Of a stretch of 38,350 bases of DNA, positions 35,518 through 38,350 are shown piece by piece; position 1 is the first letter of the stretch; each line of letters opens with the position of its first letter. The stretch lies in assembly GCA_937875975.1 (NCBI GenBank), contig CALEEU010000088.1:1-38350 (forward strand). The letters are read 5' to 3'. Made by a program: the position numbers and the translations under genes. The notes under the pieces are model-generated. The model had not been told where the DNA came from and made no database searches. It was given only the letters and a program-made list of their open reading frames with translations. The DNA comes from an uncultured Opitutia bacterium (GTDB taxonomy: Bacteria > Verrucomicrobiota > Verrucomicrobiia > Opitutales > UBA953).

Positions 35518-37812
35518 TCAGCTGCGGGCGGACCAGCGCACGAATTCCTCGTCGTCGGTCAGTACCTGTGGGTCTCCGTATTCCGTCGAAAGCAGGCTGC
35601 GATACGCCTCGTCGGCGAAGCGGCGGCAGTGCAGGAGCACGCGTGCCGAGTGGCCGGGTGCACGGACGAGTCGGCCGAGCGCCTGGTTGACCTTGCGCAT
35701 GCCGGGGCGGACGTACGCCAGCGAGAACGCGTCTTCGGCACCGGCTTCGACGAACATCTTGCGCCGGGCTTCTTGGAGCGCGTTGACCTCCGGGAGCGCC
35801 GGACCGATCACCACCGCCGAGCGGATGCGACCGCCCAGCATGTCGACGCCTTCGCCGAGCGAGCCCCCGAGAATCAGGCAGAGGATGGTGTAGCGGTTGA
35901 GTGAATCCTCGACGAAGCGCGCGGTACCATCAGGGCCCAGTCCGCGGGGTTGCACGGCCACGTCGGCCTTCGGATCAAGGTTGCGCACTTCCTTCACTGC
36001 GGCCTCGGCATATTTATACGACGGGAAGAAGGCCGCGACTGCGCCTTCTTGCGAGAGACGGAGTAGGGCAGCGCCGGTGCGAGCCATGTAGCCTTCGCGG
36101 GTTTTAAGGCGCGTGTCCACGCGTCCGTCGATCGCGACGGTGTAAGCGCCTTGGCGCCACGGCGCCAGGGCGTTGACCATCACGAGATTATCCGGGTCGA
36201 GCCCGCAGTCGGCCGCGAGCGAGCCGCGCGGCCCGGGCGTGGCGGTCATCAGTAAGGTGTGGCCGAATGCGCGCAGGCGTTCGCCGGTGGCTTTGGCGGC
36301 GGAAAGGCAATCGAGGCTGAGCAGGCCAGGCTTCGGCGACCAGAGGAGCCAACCGAGGTCAGCGGCTTCGAGGCGTTCGGACCACGTTGCGGCGTTCCAG
36401 ACGGCCTGTTTGGCCGCGTCCGGAAGGTCGTCGGTGTTGAACGGGTGTTCGGCGGCGAGTACGGACATGCGTTCCGCGATGGCCATCGCTTCAATACGGT
36501 CATCCGGCGAAATCGCGTCGGCCTTCGGTAGGCGATGGAGGAAGTCGGCCCACATCTGGGCGGTCTGACACCAGGCTTCGGGAGCGCGGAAACGCGTGAG
36601 CGTGAAGGCGAAGTCGGCCGCCGCCTGTTCATCATCACGGAGCGAGAGGCATTCCGCGGCACGGTCAGGCAGGTTGTGGGCTTCGTCTACGATGAGCACC
36701 GTATCATGGATATCCCATCCCGGCACGGTCTCGAGCGCGGCCCGATTACGCGGGGAGAAGACGTAGTTGTAGTCGCAGATGACGACGTCGGCGTGTGCGA
36801 GCATCGCTTTGGTGATGTCCCACGGTGGCACGCCCGCGATGCGGCCGATCTCGCGGACACGACGGAGGTCGGCGGCTTCCTCAAGGAGATGCTGCGGGTC
36901 GATCTTCGCGTTGGCCCAGTTGCGCCGGATTTGCTCAGGGTCGTCGGTGATGCCGTCGACCTCGTGTTCAGAGCGCGGGCGGAGCAGCACGGCGCGGAGC
37001 TCGTTGCTGCGGGCGAGGCGGCGGAGTTCGGTGAGTACCTGCGTCTGTCCGGTGCCCTTGCCGGTGAGGTAGAGGAGGCGACCGGCGCGGCCGCCGCGGA
37101 GGAGGCCGAGTCCGTGACGCAAGGCCGCGGAGGTCTTGCCGAAGCCCGTCGGCGCGACGAGCAGGCGCGTGGGCGAATCGAGGCCGGCTTGGTCGAGGTC
37201 GGCGCAGCATTGGAGCCACTCCGGCCGTGGTTCCTTGAACGGGAGCCGGTCCGGAAGGTTGAGCAGTCGCGCATGACTGGCGCGACGATTCTCGGCGTGC
37301 GCGGCGAGCGTCTCCGCCTGCGTGAGCAGGTCGGCTTCGGCGGAGCGGGGTAGGGCGACGGGCTGGCGGGTGCCGTCCGCGGGGTCGATGAAGATGAGTT
37401 CCCCTTTTACCTCGCGGGCGCCGGAGCCCAAACGGGCGGCGTGGCAGTAGGCCGCGAGCTGCAGGAAGTGGTGGGCGAAGCGACCGATGAGGAATTCGGG
37501 TTTCCGCGGGAGCTTCAGGCTGATCGTTTTGATCTCACGGATGCGGACCTCATTGGCTGTCTCGAGCCATTGGTCAGCGCGGCCGGTGATGGCGATCGTC
37601 CAGCCAAGGGCGCCCACTTCGCAGGCGATGGTGCGCTCGAACTGCCAGCCCTGGCCTTCGGCTTCGGCGACCTTGCGCATGGTCTCGTGCCATTGGCGGC
37701 CCGCTTCGGCGCGCCAAGGAGCACCACCGGCACCGGCGCCCGGACCAGGTCGGAACGTCGCGAACTCCTGTGCGCTCAGTTCCACGCGCTTCGCCTTGAT
37801 GTCGATGCGCAT
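35518..37812 (-). CDS. Fusion of N-terminal PD-(D/E)XK (RecB/Cas4-like) nuclease domain and SF2 DinG/XPD(Rad3)-like DEAH helicase
   Basis: Nuclease motifs are GRAD80..E93-I-K95 and Q118LAAY122. Helicase has Walker A VAPTGFGKTS, ICDYNYVFSP and DEAH box LIVDEAHNL. The C-terminal half has SLGEGVDM and QALGRLVR (motif VI). Confidence 0.75.
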   Translation of the reverse strand: MRIDIKAKRVELSAQEFATFRPGPGAGAGGAPWRAEAGRQWHETMRKVAEAEGQGWQFERTIACEVGALGWTIAITGRADQWLETANEVRIREIKTISLKLPRKPEFLIGRFAHHFLQLAAYCHAARLGSGAREVKGELIFIDPADGTRQPVALPRSAEADLLTQAETLAAHAENRRASHARLLNLPDRLPFKEPRPEWLQCCADLDQAGLDSPTRLLVAPTGFGKTSAALRHGLGLLRGGRAGRLLYLTGKGTGQTQVLTELRRLARSNELRAVLLRPRSEHEVDGITDDPEQIRRNWANAKIDPQHLLEEAADLRRVREIGRIAGVPPWDITKAMLAHADVVICDYNYVFSPRNRAALETVPGWDIHDTVLIVDEAHNLPDRAAECLSLRDDEQAAADFAFTLTRFRAPEAWCQTAQMWADFLHRLPKADAISPDDRIEAMAIAERMSVLAAEHPFNTDDLPDAAKQAVWNAATWSERLEAADLGWLLWSPKPGLLSLDCLSAAKATGERLRAFGHTLLMTATPGPRGSLAADCGLDPDNLVMVNALAPWRQGAYTVAIDGRVDTRLKTREGYMARTGAALLRLSQEGAVAAFFPSYKYAEAAVKEVRNLDPKADVAVQPRGLGPDGTARFVEDSLNRYTILCLILGGSLGEGVDMLGGRIRSAVVIGPALPEVNALQEARRKMFVEAGAEDAFSLAYVRPGMRKVNQALGRLVRAPGHSARVLLHCRRFADEAYRSLLSTEYGDPQVLTDDEEFVRWSARS

Positions 37813-38350
37813 CAGGGCAGGACGAAATGGGCTTCACCGGCGGCCCAGCGTTCAAGGTCGACCGCTAGCTTCGCGACCGTCTCTTCATCGGTCGTCTGCC
37901 CGTCGAGCGGCTGGCCGAGAATCGCCGCCGCGTGGGCTTGGCGGGCGCCGAGGCGTGTGAACCACTGCTCATGTACGCCCCAGCCGCCGTCTTTAAGCAT
38001 GAGCCAGAGGCTCTTGAAATAGGCGCAGTCGGCGCGCGGGCGTGCGGCCATCGCATCGAACGTCTCGAGGGCGATGCGGTAGCAGACCTCGGCGGATTCG
38101 GGCGGTGGCGGGTTCTTGCGCAGCATCGATGCGAGTCGGCAGGCGCGTTCGAGCGTGCGGTGGTCGCGCGCGAGGCCGGCGCGGCGCGTAAGCAGGCGAT
38201 AGTCGCGGGCGAAGCGGATGCCGCCGTCCTTGGCGCGTTCGAGGCTCACTTCGCCTTCGTCGAAGAGGTCCGGCAGGGTGGTGCCGTTGCCGCGCTGGGT
38301 CCGGATCAAGCAGCGGACGATGCCTTCGGCGGGCTCAAGCAGCGTGAGCA
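37812..38350 (-). CDS. Hypothetical protein, possibly RecO-like DNA repair protein (5' end runs off the window)
   Basis: Frame is open to nt 38350. GIVRCLIRTQRGNGTTL, LARDHRTLERACRLASML and AYFKSLWLMLKDGGWGV loosely parallel E. coli RecO (GRVRLVAKGARSKRSTL; RRFELALLGHLGYGV). Its stop overlaps the helicase start (TGATG). Confidence 0.4.
   Translation of the reverse strand, partial: LTLLEPAEGIVRCLIRTQRGNGTTLPDLFDEGEVSLERAKDGGIRFARDYRLLTRRAGLARDHRTLERACRLASMLRKNPPPPESAEVCYRIALETFDAMAARPRADCAYFKSLWLMLKDGGWGVHEQWFTRLGARQAHAAAILGQPLDGQTTDEETVAKLAVDLERWAAGEAHFVLP

Overview
High-GC (about two thirds G+C), TGA-rich, tightly packed chromosomal segment. The gene content looks Verrucomicrobiota/PVC-like, but that taxon guess cannot be checked here. 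Most of the window is core housekeeping: xerC, ispE, two small ribosomal-protein genes missing from the ORF track (a bS22-like 32-aa ORF and rpmG), apbC/mrp, a TolB-like propeller, rpoN, ruvC, tkt, hisI, pterin dehydratase, a family-4-like UDG, argA, xerD, nuoJKLMN, thyA-folA, lysS, a LolE/LolD-like transporter and a nitroreductase. I found no rRNA, tRNA, CRISPR array, transposase, prophage or recognisable defence system. The many long ORFs opposite or out of frame with these genes are high-GC shadow ORFs. The features that do not look routine are: (1) an 856-aa fusion of an alpha/beta-hydrolase fold (catalytic Ser replaced by Gly), a DedA/VTT membrane domain and an ATP-grasp ligase, divergent from a translationally coupled apaG / beta-CASP RNase / amidase operon; (2) an N-terminal PD-(D/E)XK nuclease fused to a DinG/XPD-like helicase without Fe-S cysteines, coupled to a possibly RecO-like gene at the window edge; (3) an RRM protein with an RGG/FGG repeat tail behind a long AT-rich leader; (4) a nuoJKLMN block detached from nuoA-I; (5) convergent genes abutting at palindromic stop-stop junctions. 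All functional ideas are inferred from motifs read by eye. No database search was run.
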